A stretch of 64,000 nt of DNA from an uncultured Candidatus Saccharibacteria bacterium (lineage in GTDB: Bacteria; Patescibacteriota; Minisyncoccia; Phycocordibacterales; UBA12088), in assembly GCA_964409035.1 (NCBI GenBank), contig CAYPBQ010000003.1, positions 105,530-169,529 on the forward strand, given 5' to 3'. Under the pieces are notes generated by a model. It was not told the DNA's origin and did no database searches. It saw only the letters and a list, made by a program, of their open reading frames with translations. This document shows, one piece after another, positions 39,227 through 49,399 of the stretch (position 1 is its first letter; each line of letters begins with the position of its first letter). A program made the translations under genes and the position numbers.

Positions 39227-39950
39227 TACTTGTAATAGTGTATTTTAGTGATTTTATTTTATCTCCAAGCACGGTGGCTGCGTCTCTGTAGTCTTCTAGT
39301 AAAGGAAATTCAGGCAATTGCTTGTGATAGTAAATAGGATCACCAAATACTACCTTCAGAGTGAGACGCGCCTTAAAAAAGTTGGCAAATGAGGCATGGT
39401 AGCACTCAGATATATACACTGGTACGACAGGTAATTGTAGATAGTGAGAAAGAAATACGACTCCTCCGCGTGGCTTCTTTGGTTCAGGATCTGTAAGTTT
39501 TTCAATTCCAAAAGGGAAAATGGTGATACTCTGGCGAGTCTTACCTATTGCAACGAAATTACGCAGTGAATAAAAATAATCTTGCTTGCCTGGGTATGCG
39601 GGGTATGCCCCCCACACATTGAAAAAGGTGTCTCCATAAATGTATCCTTTCCATCCTTTCCAATCATATATTTTTTGTTCCCGAGCCACATAAAACATAG
39701 GAGAAAATCGCGAGAACCACGGCAATGCAGCCCTAATTGCAATTGGGTCAAGATGGCTAGTGTGGTTTATGGCAAAGATGACCCCCTTTGGTAGATGAGA
39801 AATTTTCTTAAAACCAAACACCTCAAAATCACACAATATCCAGAATAATACTCGGGCGATTGGCCACGCAATGCTTTGAAGAAGTAGTGGAAAAAAGGAT
39901 TTAAGGTTTACCTGCATAATTTTAAACAGAGCACGGGAACGATTATCCAT
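39168..39950 (-). CDS. lysophospholipid (1-acyl-sn-glycerol-3-phosphate) acyltransferase, PlsC family
   Basis: NHTSHLD (HX4D) catalytic motif and IFPFG (FPEGTR-equivalent) motif. Confidence 0.65.
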   Translation of the reverse strand: MDNRSRALFKIMQVNLKSFFPLLLQSIAWPIARVLFWILCDFEVFGFKKISHLPKGVIFAINHTSHLDPIAIRAALPWFSRFSPMFYVAREQKIYDWKGWKGYIYGDTFFNVWGAYPAYPGKQDYFYSLRNFVAIGKTRQSITIFPFGIEKLTDPEPKKPRGGVVFLSHYLQLPVVPVYISECYHASFANFFKARLTLKVVFGDPIYYHKQLPEFPLLEDYRDAATVLGDKIKSLKYTITSIDMSHTNTHLALYNNNQHA

Positions 39951-40405
39951 AGGACACTCTGGATACTACCAACAAAAAGTTTCTCCATTGGATTACTAAA
40001 GGAGAACAAGGATTGAAATGTGGTTGCCGTAAGTAGTAATGAAAATAGCAATCCTGTTGCAAGTACGCCAAGTAAAATTATCTCAAACCACTTTTTAGGG
40101 CCACTACCGTGATAAAAGGAGCCGATAATTGATCTGATTGGTAAATAAACTACTGCGGTAAGGGAGATAAACACAAGAACACTCACGTGTTGGTAAGTGA
40201 CACTCTGCGCTATGAGCGCACTAAGGAGTGGAGTAGCTAGTGCGCTTGGATACATTGCAACAATAAGCGAGAAAAGCGCTTGTTTACCCTTCCATACTGC
40301 AATAGCAACCATGAGTGCAATGAGGGCGGTGGCAAGCAATATATCCTTTGGCACTTCTAGAAAGTGCTCAGTAATCATGGATACGTATGTTGTTGCTGTT
40401 TGCAT
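39908..40405 (-). CDS. integral membrane protein, unknown function
   Basis: Five predicted TM helices; first gene of the putative lipid operon. Confidence 0.4.
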   Translation of the reverse strand: MQTATTYVSMITEHFLEVPKDILLATALIALMVAIAVWKGKQALFSLIVAMYPSALATPLLSALIAQSVTYQHVSVLVFISLTAVVYLPIRSIIGSFYHGSGPKKWFEIILLGVLATGLLFSLLLTATTFQSLFSFSNPMEKLFVGSIQSVLWIIVPVLCLKLCR

Positions 40406-40429
40406 GTAAGTGTGCGCATTAGCACTACA

Positions 40430-41494
40430 CTATATTCCCTCCTTCTTTAATTCTTCGATAAGTGTTCTTGATTTACGTGATAGCTTCTCTGGAATACTAA
40501 TTTTTATTCTAAGCAGCAAGTCACCTCGCTTTGACGTTGAAAGCACTACTCCTTTACCTTTAACTTTTAACAGTTCATTAAAGGAGACGCCTGGTGGAAT
40601 CTTCACCGCAATATTACCATCAAGTGTTTCAACTGTATACGTGGCACCGGTGATGGCATCGGTTAATTTTACATTTAGGTCTTTTATAATGTCCGCCCCT
40701 TCCTTTTTATACTCGGCATCTTGCTTAACATGTATTTTTACATATAGATCACCAGAAGTGCCGTTTTTAATCGCTTCTCCATGACCAGTGAGGCGTATCA
40801 TCTCACCATTATTAATACCAGCAGGTATATGGATTTCAATTTTTTCTTGCTTATGCATTACTCCAGCACCTTTGCATGTTTCGCACTCATGTTCAGGCCT
40901 TGTGCCTTTGCCATTACAAGTACTGCATGGACGAGTAGCTGAAAACACACCAAACATGGTGTTCTTTGATTCATGAATTACTCCAGCACCTGAACAAGTG
41001 GTACACGCAATGAGCGCAGAGCCAACTTTGGCTCCTGATCCGCTACATGTGGTGCATGTTGATGTTTTTGAGAGTGTAACCGATCGTGTGACGCCAAATA
41101 CCGACTCTTTGAATGATATTTCAATATCAATGGATATGTCACTTCCTCTTGATTGGCGGCGCTTCCCTCCCGTAAAGAAGTCGCCAAAAATATCTCCCAA
41201 GTCAAATTCGACTGACCCATTCTGAAATCCAGAAAAATCAAATCCATCAAATCCTTGCGTGTTTCCACCTTGTGTATCGTTACCACCAAAAACCCTGCCG
41301 TAGGCATTATACTCTGCCCTCCGTTTCTCATCCGACAACACAGAGTAGGCTTCGCTTATTTCCTTAAATTTTTTCTCGTCACCTGATTGTTTATCGGGAT
41401 GGTACCGTTGAGCTAATTTTCTAAATGCCTTTTTTATTTCTTCTTGGGAGGCATTTTTTTCTACTTCAAGAATTTTATAGTAGTCTTTTTTCAT
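40430..41494 (-). CDS. dnaJ: molecular chaperone DnaJ
   Basis: J domain with HPD (YHPDKQ), G/F-rich linker, four CxxCxGxG repeats; start at Met 41494. Confidence 0.9.
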   Translation of the reverse strand: MKKDYYKILEVEKNASQEEIKKAFRKLAQRYHPDKQSGDEKKFKEISEAYSVLSDEKRRAEYNAYGRVFGGNDTQGGNTQGFDGFDFSGFQNGSVEFDLGDIFGDFFTGGKRRQSRGSDISIDIEISFKESVFGVTRSVTLSKTSTCTTCSGSGAKVGSALIACTTCSGAGVIHESKNTMFGVFSATRPCSTCNGKGTRPEHECETCKGAGVMHKQEKIEIHIPAGINNGEMIRLTGHGEAIKNGTSGDLYVKIHVKQDAEYKKEGADIIKDLNVKLTDAITGATYTVETLDGNIAVKIPPGVSFNELLKVKGKGVVLSTSKRGDLLLRIKISIPEKLSRKSRTLIEELKKEGI

Positions 41495-41495
41495 G

Positions 41496-43382
41496 TTATG
41501 AGGTTTGCTCCTTTCCATCCTCAGGTATATCCGTTGCTTCAGCCTCGCGTACATTGCTATTTGCATCCGTACCAGCTGCTGGCTGTGATTTCATTGATTC
41601 TCCAACCTTCTGTAGTTCAGTGCTGAGTGCTGACGTACTATTTTTAATAGCGTCTATATCATTTCCAGTAAGTACACCCCGTAGTGATGTAATAGCTGTC
41701 TCCACTGAGGTTTTAGTATCAGCATTAATTGCATCCTTGTGATCGGTAAGTGATTTTTCAGCGGTGTATATTAGTTGCTCAGCAATGTTTTTTGCCTCTA
41801 CTAGTTCCTTCTTCTTTTTATCCTCTTCAGCGTGACCTTCCGCATCGTCTGTCATTCGCCTTATATCTGCGTCACTTAGTCCAGAGCTTGCCTCAATTCG
41901 GATTGATTGAGTTTTGCCAGTTGTTTTGTCCTTTGCGGTTACGTTAAGTATTCCGTTTGCATCAACATCAAACGCAACTTCAATCTGTGGTAATCCACGT
42001 GGAGCAGGTGGAATGCCCTCAAGGATAAATCGTCCAAGTGATTTATTATCACTTGCCATTGCTCGCTCACCTTGTACGACATGCACCTCAACACTCGTTT
42101 GGTTATCTGCAGCGGTTGAGAATACCTGCGAGTTTTGAGTAGGAATAGTGGTGTTTCTATTTATTATCTTGGTTGCGACTCCACCCATGGTTTCAATACC
42201 AAGTGAAAGCGGAATAACATCAAGTAGTAATATATCCTTTACATCACCCTGGAGAATTCCTGCTTGAATAGCAGCACCAAGGGCAACCACCTCATCAGGG
42301 TTAATTGTTTTGTTAGGCTCTCTGCCGAAAAACTCTTTTACTGCCTCTTGAATGGCAGGCATTCTTGTTTGTCCGCCGACAAGAATCACTTCATTAAGGT
42401 CAGTAACCTTAAATGGAGAGGCTTCCATTGCTCGCTTAGTAATCGCAATTGCTTTATCAATATAAGGGCGTGCAAGAGTTTCTAGTGTCGCTCTTGTCAT
42501 GTTCATAAGGAGGTGTTTTGGACCATCCTCACCTGAGGTAATAAATGGAATATTTATTTCAGTTTGCTGAGTGGTAGATAACTCATGCTTTGCCTTTTCT
42601 GCAGCTTCATCCAAGCGCTGTACAGCAAGAGGGTCCTTAAGTAGATCAACCCCTTGTGTCTTCTTAAACTCTGTTGCTATCCATTCAACTATCTTCTGGT
42701 CAATATCACGTCCACCCATGAATGCATCTCCGTCAGTTGCCTTTACCTCAATCACATCGTCACCTACTTCAAGTATTGATACGTCAAATGTACCTCCTCC
42801 AAAATCGAATACCGCTATCTTCTCATCCTTCTTTTTATTAAATCCATAGGCAAGCGCCGCTGCGGTAGGTTCGTTAATTATGCGCTTCACTTCAAGTCCT
42901 GCAATTTTACCCGCGTCTTTTGTTGCCTTTCTTTGGGCATCATCAAAGTATGCCGGTACAGTGATAATTGCTTCAGTTATTTTTTCGCCGAGTTTTGCTT
43001 CAGCGTCATTCTTTAGTTTTTGCAGTATCATTGCAGAAACCTCCTCTGGCCTATAGGTAGCACCACTAAGGGTAACTTCTACCCCGCCATCAGATCCTGC
43101 CTTTATTTCGTATGGTAATACGCCTGCATTTTGCGTAACGATAGGATCATTAAATCGGTGACCCATAAATCGCTTAATACCATAAATAGTATTCTTAGGA
43201 TTTGTTACTGCCTGGCGCCTTGCAACTACGCCAACTAGACGCTCGCCAGTTTTTGAGATTGCTGCAACTGATGGAGTTGTCCTACTACCCTCAGTGTTCT
43301 CAATAATGGTAGGTTCTGCTCCATCCATTATCGCCATTGCGCTATTGGTGGTGCCTAGGTCTATTCCAAGTATTTTAGCCAT
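41496..43382 (-). CDS. dnaK: molecular chaperone DnaK (Hsp70)
   Basis: [16 protein letters not shown], and other Hsp70 signatures; start at [10 protein letters not shown]. Confidence 0.95.
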   Translation of the reverse strand: MAKILGIDLGTTNSAMAIMDGAEPTIIENTEGSRTTPSVAAISKTGERLVGVVARRQAVTNPKNTIYGIKRFMGHRFNDPIVTQNAGVLPYEIKAGSDGGVEVTLSGATYRPEEVSAMILQKLKNDAEAKLGEKITEAIITVPAYFDDAQRKATKDAGKIAGLEVKRIINEPTAAALAYGFNKKKDEKIAVFDFGGGTFDVSILEVGDDVIEVKATDGDAFMGGRDIDQKIVEWIATEFKKTQGVDLLKDPLAVQRLDEAAEKAKHELSTTQQTEINIPFITSGEDGPKHLLMNMTRATLETLARPYIDKAIAITKRAMEASPFKVTDLNEVILVGGQTRMPAIQEAVKEFFGREPNKTINPDEVVALGAAIQAGILQGDVKDILLLDVIPLSLGIETMGGVATKIINRNTTIPTQNSQVFSTAADNQTSVEVHVVQGERAMASDNKSLGRFILEGIPPAPRGLPQIEVAFDVDANGILNVTAKDKTTGKTQSIRIEASSGLSDADIRRMTDDAEGHAEEDKKKKELVEAKNIAEQLIYTAEKSLTDHKDAINADTKTSVETAITSLRGVLTGNDIDAIKNSTSALSTELQKVGESMKSQPAAGTDANSNVREAEATDIPEDGKEQTS

Positions 43383-43392
43383 AGTAGTGGTA

Positions 43393-43944
43393 TTAACTAG
43401 TAACAAATAATATAACTTTAGCGGGACGTATCAGGGTATTCTCAAGCTCTAATCCTTTTTGCATTACTGTCGCGACAACGTGATCATCACTTGGTTTATC
43501 GGTGGGTGTTGTTCCCACTGCCTCATGCCGGTGGGGGTCAAATGGCTCCCCAAGAGGATCAATGAGGGATACGCCGTATTGTGCTAATATTTTTAAAAAT
43601 TGGCTCTGAAGCTGTATAACGCCGTCACGTACCGCGCTCCCTTCCCCCTGTGGCACATCAATTTTAATTGCACTATCAAATGAGTCAAGAATACCAGAGA
43701 GGTCTCTTACTAGTGGCATAATAGCCAGTTTTACTCGTCGATCTGTATCCTCTTGCGTGGTGCGCTTATGGTTGACATGATCCGCCCGCGCGCGCTGCCA
43801 TCCGATTAGATTTTCATCACGTTCCTTCTGACATAGAAGCAGCTTTTCACGCAGCGACTTTAGGGTATCACCTGTGGCAAGTGAATCATCTTCAAATACC
43901 AAGTCTTCTGAATCTTCTGACGTGTGTGATGTGTTTTCAATCAT
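43393..43944 (-). CDS. grpE: nucleotide exchange factor GrpE
   Basis: Coiled-coil N-terminus and GrpE C-terminal beta domain pattern. Confidence 0.85.
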   Translation of the reverse strand: MIENTSHTSEDSEDLVFEDDSLATGDTLKSLREKLLLCQKERDENLIGWQRARADHVNHKRTTQEDTDRRVKLAIMPLVRDLSGILDSFDSAIKIDVPQGEGSAVRDGVIQLQSQFLKILAQYGVSLIDPLGEPFDPHRHEAVGTTPTDKPSDDHVVATVMQKGLELENTLIRPAKVILFVTS

Positions 43945-43965
43945 ACTACTTTTAGTTACGAGAAA

Positions 43966-43993
43966 ACTATACGTCTCAATAACGCCTGTGTCA
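43966..43993 (-). promoter_or_regulatory. sigma70-like promoter (TTGACA-16/17-TATAGT) for grpE-dnaK-dnaJ
   Basis: Read on the minus strand immediately upstream of grpE; no CIRCE element seen. Confidence 0.4.
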
Positions 43994-44013
43994 AAACCAA
44001 GTGAGTATAGGGT

Positions 44014-44406
44014 TTAACGCTTGCTCCACTGAGGTGCCTTTCTTGCCTTCTTGAGTCCGAACTTTCTTCGTTCTTTTGTACGAGGATCTCGCTTGAGGAA
44101 GCCAGCCTTCTTAAGCGGACCGCGCAATTGTGTCTGGTGCTCGCTTATAGCTCTTGAGATACCGTGTCGGATAGCTTCAGCTTGTGATGCGCTACCACCG
44201 CCATTTACATGTGCTGATACAGCAAAGGTAGAAACGCCCTCAACATGGAACGCCTCTGTGGCAACTTTCTGAAGTGTGCTTGTTTTAAAATATTCAACTA
44301 CTGGCTTGTCATTTACCACTAGTGATTGCGTTTTTGCAGGCACAAGACGAACACGAGCAACTGATGTCTTTCTGCGACCTACTGTTTCAATGTATCTCTC
44401 TGACAT
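44014..44406 (-). CDS. rpsI: 30S ribosomal protein S9
   Basis: C-terminal [18 protein letters not shown]. Confidence 0.9.
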   Translation of the reverse strand: MSERYIETVGRRKTSVARVRLVPAKTQSLVVNDKPVVEYFKTSTLQKVATEAFHVEGVSTFAVSAHVNGGGSASQAEAIRHGISRAISEHQTQLRGPLKKAGFLKRDPRTKERRKFGLKKARKAPQWSKR

Positions 44407-44408
44407 AA

Positions 44409-44765
44409 TTATTTTTCGTTAATCAGAAGGCGTTTTAGCATTCTGTCCCTAAGTTTATTCTTTGGAAGCATACCGCTTATAGCTCGTATCAATAATTCCT
44501 TACCACCCTTTTTTGCTATAAGGTCCTTAAGAATCTCTCGCTTCTGATTTCCTGGGTAGCCAGAATAGCTGTAGTACGCCTTGTCATTACGCTTATTTTC
44601 ATCAATATGAAGTGCGCCAGCATTCTCGATTATCACTTTACCCTCACCCTCCTTATGTCGTGCATAGCTTGGGGTATCCTTGCCCATGAGTATGGTCGCA
44701 GCCTCAGAAGCCACTCTTCCTAGCCTTTTACCCTTTGCATCAATTGTGTAAGTTTTTTCATTCAT
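44409..44765 (-). CDS. rplM: 50S ribosomal protein L13
   Basis: [23 protein letters not shown]. Confidence 0.9.
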   Translation of the reverse strand: MNEKTYTIDAKGKRLGRVASEAATILMGKDTPSYARHKEGEGKVIIENAGALHIDENKRNDKAYYSYSGYPGNQKREILKDLIAKKGGKELLIRAISGMLPKNKLRDRMLKRLLINEK

Positions 44766-44785
44766 ACGTTTGAGATTTGAGCGTA

Positions 44786-45139
44786 CTATACAAATGCGAT
44801 TTTGGCTACGCTACGTGCATCCATTCCACGTTGCCCCATTTTTACAATTCGAGTATATCCACCAGCTCTGTCTTTATACTTTGGTGCTAGTACGGTAAAT
44901 AGTTTTGCAACAACTTCTTCGTCGTTGTTTACTCGAGACGCGATAAGGCGTCTGCTTGAGAGAGTATCAACCTTTGCCTTAGTGATGAGCTTCTCTACTG
45001 CTGGGCGCAATGCCTTAGCCTTTGCTTCCGTAGTGGTAATTACATCACGCAATACAAGCTCACGTACTAAAGACGTAATAAGCGCATTGCGTTCATTTCG
45101 ACTGCGACCGAGTGTATTAAGTTTAGCTCCGTGCTTCAT
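44786..45139 (-). CDS. rplQ: 50S ribosomal protein L17
   Basis: MKHGAKLNTLGRSRNERNALITSLVREL. Confidence 0.85.
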   Translation of the reverse strand: MKHGAKLNTLGRSRNERNALITSLVRELVLRDVITTTEAKAKALRPAVEKLITKAKVDTLSSRRLIASRVNNDEEVVAKLFTVLAPKYKDRAGGYTRIVKMGQRGMDARSVAKIAFV

Positions 45140-45140
45140 A

Positions 45141-46142
45141 TTAGCTTCTTAGGGTTATACCAAAGTTACTGAGTGCTCGCTTTATTTCCTGAAGACCCTT
45201 AACGCCAAGTCCTTCAATCGCAAGAATATCGTCTTCTCTCTTTCTTGCAAGGCCTCCTACAGTTCTGATGCCGGCAACGCCAAGTGCAGAGACAGTTCTT
45301 GTTGAAAGAGAAAGAGTTTCAATTCTTGTCTTTAGCATCTCTACATCATCCTCTTTGTTGTCATGACTATCCTTCGCTTCTTTTGCAGGAGCTTCTACCG
45401 CTCTTACTTCTCTTACCTCCTCGTCTCTAGAAAATGACTCTTTAGGATCCTGAAATCCAATAACTGACTTCAATTGATAAATCATTATTTCAATTGATTT
45501 CTCAAGCGCTTCTTTAGGAGTGATTGTGCCATCAGTTTCGATTGTGATTCGTAGGCGATTGTAATCAGTTCTATCACCAACGCGCATGTTCTCTACTTCA
45601 TAATTTACTCGTCGTATTGGAGTAAATGCCGCATCAAGTGCGATTGTACCTACGTCTACTTTATCCTCTTGGATTTGCTCACGTGGTACATAGCCAATAC
45701 CCTTTTGTACTGTCAAATCAACATTAAATTCAGCCTTTGTGGTTACATCACAGATATACTGCTCTTTGTTATGTACACCTACTTGGGTTGGAAGTGTGAA
45801 ATCAGATGCAGTTACTACCTTTGGACCCTTTATTTTAAGGCTGATGGTTTGTGCGTCATCACCAGTGAGTGAAAGTCTAACCTTCTTTAGGTTGAGAAGA
45901 ATAGTAATAATATCCTCCTTTACACCCTCTTTAGTACTAAACTCATGAGGTACGCCCTCAATCTTTACCTTAGTAATAGCAGCGCCTGGAAGGGATGAGA
46001 GAATTATTCGTCGTAGAGAGTTACCAAGCGTATGGCCATATCCTGGGTATAGACCATCAATTTCAAATACACCCGAGTTCTGTGACTCAGACACAATTTT
46101 TGGCTTTGATGGCAGTGTTACGTGATGATGTTCCATATGCAA
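45141..46142 (-). CDS. rpoA: DNA-directed RNA polymerase subunit alpha
   Basis: N-terminal dimerisation domain (GYGHTLGNSLRRI) and C-terminal CTD HhH. Confidence 0.9.
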   Translation of the reverse strand: MHMEHHHVTLPSKPKIVSESQNSGVFEIDGLYPGYGHTLGNSLRRIILSSLPGAAITKVKIEGVPHEFSTKEGVKEDIITILLNLKKVRLSLTGDDAQTISLKIKGPKVVTASDFTLPTQVGVHNKEQYICDVTTKAEFNVDLTVQKGIGYVPREQIQEDKVDVGTIALDAAFTPIRRVNYEVENMRVGDRTDYNRLRITIETDGTITPKEALEKSIEIMIYQLKSVIGFQDPKESFSRDEEVREVRAVEAPAKEAKDSHDNKEDDVEMLKTRIETLSLSTRTVSALGVAGIRTVGGLARKREDDILAIEGLGVKGLQEIKRALSNFGITLRS

Positions 46143-46161
46143 AAATAAATTCTAATAAATA

Positions 46162-46770
46162 CTATCGGCTATAAAATTCTAGAACCTGCGCAAGGTCGAA
46201 AGGCATTTCAGTATTATCAGAGTTTGGCTGTTCAAGTACGGTGGCAACAAGTGATGCGTTCTCAAATTTTATCCAACGTGGGGCTGTAACGTCAGTAATT
46301 CGTTCCTTAGCCTCAACGATGTGTGCCTTTGTTTTGCTTCCATCACGTACCTCAATAACATCACCCTTTGAAAGATTATATGAAGGTACGGTAACTCGCT
46401 TCTTGTTTACCATAACATGGCCGTGGGCTGCCATCTGGCGCGCAGCGCGACGAGTTTTTGTTAGACCAACACGGTACAAGGTATTATCAAGTCTACTCTC
46501 TAGCTTTGAAAGAAGCTCAGTCTTTGCCTCCTTTCCATGTGCGAGTGACTCATCAACGTACTTTCTGAACTGGCGTTCTGTGATGCCATACAGCATGCGG
46601 ACACGCTGCTTCTCAAGCATCTGCTTAGCAAAGTCAGACATATTTCCCTTAGAGCGCTTTTCAGACTTCTTTGAACGCTCCTCAGATAGAGAATACTTTT
46701 GGCTCTGGCACTTCTCAAAAACACCATTACCAAGTCTCTTACAAATTTTGTATCGTGGTCCAGTTTTCAT
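46162..46770 (-). CDS. rpsD: 30S ribosomal protein S4
   Basis: N-terminal Zn-ribbon-like region and S4 RNA-binding domain. Confidence 0.9.
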   Translation of the reverse strand: MKTGPRYKICKRLGNGVFEKCQSQKYSLSEERSKKSEKRSKGNMSDFAKQMLEKQRVRMLYGITERQFRKYVDESLAHGKEAKTELLSKLESRLDNTLYRVGLTKTRRAARQMAAHGHVMVNKKRVTVPSYNLSKGDVIEVRDGSKTKAHIVEAKERITDVTAPRWIKFENASLVATVLEQPNSDNTEMPFDLAQVLEFYSR

Positions 46771-46773
46771 ATA

Positions 46774-47208
46774 TTATACGCGTCTAGCTTTCTTAGGCCT
46801 TGGTCCATTGTGTGGGTTAGGCGTCCTGTCTTGTATATTTGACACCTCAAATCCTTTTCCTACAAATGCGCGAAGTGCTGATTCCCTACCTGACCCAACA
46901 CCATTTATAACAACAGAGACAGTCTTGATACCCATTTGTCCTGCCTTTTCACCTATAAGCTCACCCACTTTTGCAGCTGCAAATGGTGTACTCTTCTTTG
47001 CTCCCTTAAAACCAAGTGCGCCCGCTGATGAACTACTTACCACGTTGCCCTTGTCATCAGTGAGGGTGATGGTGGTGTTGTTATATGAAGCGATGACATG
47101 AAGTATTGCAGTATCAAATTTTCTTTTTACCAACTTTGAAAGCGCTCGGGCCTTTAAGCCTTGATCAACTGATCCTCCTGGTTTTTTTACAATTCGTTTC
47201 TTACCCAT
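46774..47208 (-). CDS. rpsK: 30S ribosomal protein S11
   Basis: ILHVIASYNNTTITLTDDKGN pattern. Confidence 0.9.
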   Translation of the reverse strand: MGKKRIVKKPGGSVDQGLKARALSKLVKRKFDTAILHVIASYNNTTITLTDDKGNVVSSSSAGALGFKGAKKSTPFAAAKVGELIGEKAGQMGIKTVSVVINGVGSGRESALRAFVGKGFEVSNIQDRTPNPHNGPRPKKARRV

Positions 47209-47221
47209 AGGTATGTCAGTA

Positions 47222-47602
47222 TTATTTCTTCTCCACAGTCTTCTTACCAGAACCCATCGTTTTCTTTACTCCCTTCAATGTTCGTCCGTTTGTCTTTGTT
47301 CGTTGGCCTCGTGCAGGAAGTTTTTTTGAATGCCGTGATCCTCTGTATGACTGTATGTCCTTCAATCGCTTTATGTGTGAACCTACTACGCGGCGCAATT
47401 CACCTTCAATTGGACCTAATGATTCGATGTGTGTTCGTATCGCATTCTCCTCATTTTCAGAGAGATCAGTTGGTTTCTTTGATGGATCTATCTTCAGGTC
47501 GTGTAGTATTCTAAGCGCCTTAGGTCGCCCAATACCATACACTGCTGTTAGTGCAAATTCAAGATGCTTCTTATCTGGAATAGTGATACCTGAAATACGC
47601 AT
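47222..47602 (-). CDS. rpsM: 30S ribosomal protein S13
   Basis: MRISGITIPDKKHLEFALTAVYGIG. Confidence 0.9.
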   Translation of the reverse strand: MRISGITIPDKKHLEFALTAVYGIGRPKALRILHDLKIDPSKKPTDLSENEENAIRTHIESLGPIEGELRRVVGSHIKRLKDIQSYRGSRHSKKLPARGQRTKTNGRTLKGVKKTMGSGKKTVEKK

Positions 47603-47603
47603 A

Positions 47604-47720
47604 TTATCCTTGTCGTTGTTTATTTCTTGGATTCTTTTTGTTAATGACGTAAATACGCCCGCGTCGGCGGACTATTTTATCGTCTGGGCTTCTTTTTTTG
47701 ATCGATGATCGAACTTTCAT
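47604..47720 (-). CDS. rpmJ: 50S ribosomal protein L36, Cys-less (non-zinc) form
   Basis: Hand translation gives [38 protein letters not shown] in the canonical infA-rpmJ-rpsM position; the zinc-ligand Cys are replaced; not in the ORF track (38 aa). Confidence 0.75.
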   Translation of the reverse strand: MKVRSSIKKRSPDDKIVRRRGRIYVINKKNPRNKQRQG

Positions 47721-47747
47721 ACCTTGTTGTCTTTGTTCTCCATCACG

Positions 47748-47960
47748 CTAGAGACGCTTTACTATTCTTGCTTTACCACCGTACGGGTCTAGTTCGACTC
47801 GTACAGAGTCACCTACCAAAACCTTTATTCTGTGTATTCTCATCTTTCCTGCAAGGTAGGCGAGGATTAATTCCCCACTTTCTTCTAAGCGGACTCTAAA
47901 CAGAGTATTCGGGAGCGCCTCTTCAATGGTGCCCGTTTGCTGTTCGATCTGCTTATTCAT
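47748..47960 (-). CDS. infA: translation initiation factor IF-1
   Basis: S1-like OB fold sequence typical of IF-1; promoter TTGACT-17-TACTAT upstream. Confidence 0.9.
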   Translation of the reverse strand: MNKQIEQQTGTIEEALPNTLFRVRLEESGELILAYLAGKMRIHRIKVLVGDSVRVELDPYGGKARIVKRL

Positions 47961-48003
47961 GCCGGATTGACAAGGTTATGACATAGTACATGAGGCGGTA
48001 TTC

Positions 48004-49389
48004 CTAGTCAAGAGCGTTATTAATGGATATATCCTCTGCAGAGACCGGAAACGCCTGTTTCCAGAATGGGCGCAGTGTCACCTCGGCCTTATCTATGCTT
48101 GGATAGCCTGAAAGTACCGTATAAAGCGCTTGCCTATTCTTTCCAGCTAAGTCATTTTTCAGTGTTTCTGCATCAAATAGCCACTTAAATTGAACAGTAC
48201 CCTTTATGGATAATTGGACAGAAGAAATACTTGTCGAGTCGCCAGATATTGGTGTTGCTAGCGAAATTTCCAAATCAGATAGGTTTTCTATGCTTACATC
48301 CTCATTGTTGTAATCAGTAAGGGTTGCGCTAGCTAATGCCTTTGCCAGTGCGAGCTCATCAAGCATGATGTAGTGAGCGGTCACTTTCTCCTCTAGTAGT
48401 ACTGATTCATTACTATCAGCGTTTTTTGGCTCAGCGGATTCTATCGCTACGCTTACTAGGTCTGGATTAACATAGAAGCCATCTTTCTTCTCACTAAGCA
48501 GCTTCTTTTCTAATGACTCAAGTAATGTAGAGGTCATTGCTGAGCGAGTGCTGGTGATTACCGCATCATCAGCGATTCGCTTTATTCCATTATAACCACC
48601 CGTAAAGGGTGTGTTGGTAATTGCTTCAAAACCAGAGAATCGAGGCGAACCAGAGAATCCTGGTATGGTCATTTTTGCAGACTGCACATTGTATTCCTCG
48701 CCTGGGGCATCAGCATAGAGGGTCGTAACCACCTTTCCGGGTATTACCTCACCATTAGTGTTCTTGGTTAATCCAGGTACTTCAACCGCCTCACGTATTC
48801 GGTAAATTTTTTTATCGGTTGTCTCAAATCTTGTATTGCCAATAAGGCGTTGGCTATCAGGCGAATATGTATTAATTATGGTGACTTCACCCTTTGCATA
48901 CTCCTTGACTGATGCCTCCTTAACAGAAGGAATTACCTCACTAGCTGTATCAGTAAGTGACATAACCTCAAATGTAAGTAGTGCATCAGGTGCTTTATCT
49001 GCTCTAATGGTGCCATTGAAGAATGCAGACTCCTTTTTTGGATACACTGTCACATTAGCGCCAGAAAGTATCATGGAAAATGCTGCTGCAAGGATACCTA
49101 TCGCTATAAATGAACTGATCCATATTGAATATCGAGGCCCTCTTTTTCTGCCTTCGTTGCTAATTGGCTGAGTGTAATCCTCACGCTCTAGCCTGCGTTG
49201 TGGTGTTTTAGGAATAGGCTGCACCTTTTTAAGTGGCGGTCTTTCATACTGCTCATCAGCATTTTTATGCGGCGGTCTTGCTATCTCAATCTCACGTATA
49301 GTTGAGATATGCTCTCGGGTGCTAGCCATCTTTTGTGGGCTTCGACGAGATGCTGGAAGAATATCCTGAATAACTTTTTTGTTTCGCAT
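48004..49389 (-). CDS. bitopic membrane protein (basic 80-aa cytoplasmic N-terminus, one TM, large extracytoplasmic domain), unknown function
   Basis: Topology read from the sequence; immediately downstream of the actin-like gene. Confidence 0.5.
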   Translation of the reverse strand: MRNKKVIQDILPASRRSPQKMASTREHISTIREIEIARPPHKNADEQYERPPLKKVQPIPKTPQRRLEREDYTQPISNEGRKRGPRYSIWISSFIAIGILAAAFSMILSGANVTVYPKKESAFFNGTIRADKAPDALLTFEVMSLTDTASEVIPSVKEASVKEYAKGEVTIINTYSPDSQRLIGNTRFETTDKKIYRIREAVEVPGLTKNTNGEVIPGKVVTTLYADAPGEEYNVQSAKMTIPGFSGSPRFSGFEAITNTPFTGGYNGIKRIADDAVITSTRSAMTSTLLESLEKKLLSEKKDGFYVNPDLVSVAIESAEPKNADSNESVLLEEKVTAHYIMLDELALAKALASATLTDYNNEDVSIENLSDLEISLATPISGDSTSISSVQLSIKGTVQFKWLFDAETLKNDLAGKNRQALYTVLSGYPSIDKAEVTLRPFWKQAFPVSAEDISINNALD

Positions 49390-49399
49390 GATGAATATA

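Noticed and set aside
43945-44013. CIRCE (HrcA) operator upstream of grpE
   Set aside because: There is no TTAGCACTC-N9-GAGTGCTAA inverted repeat. Only a plain sigma70-like promoter is present.
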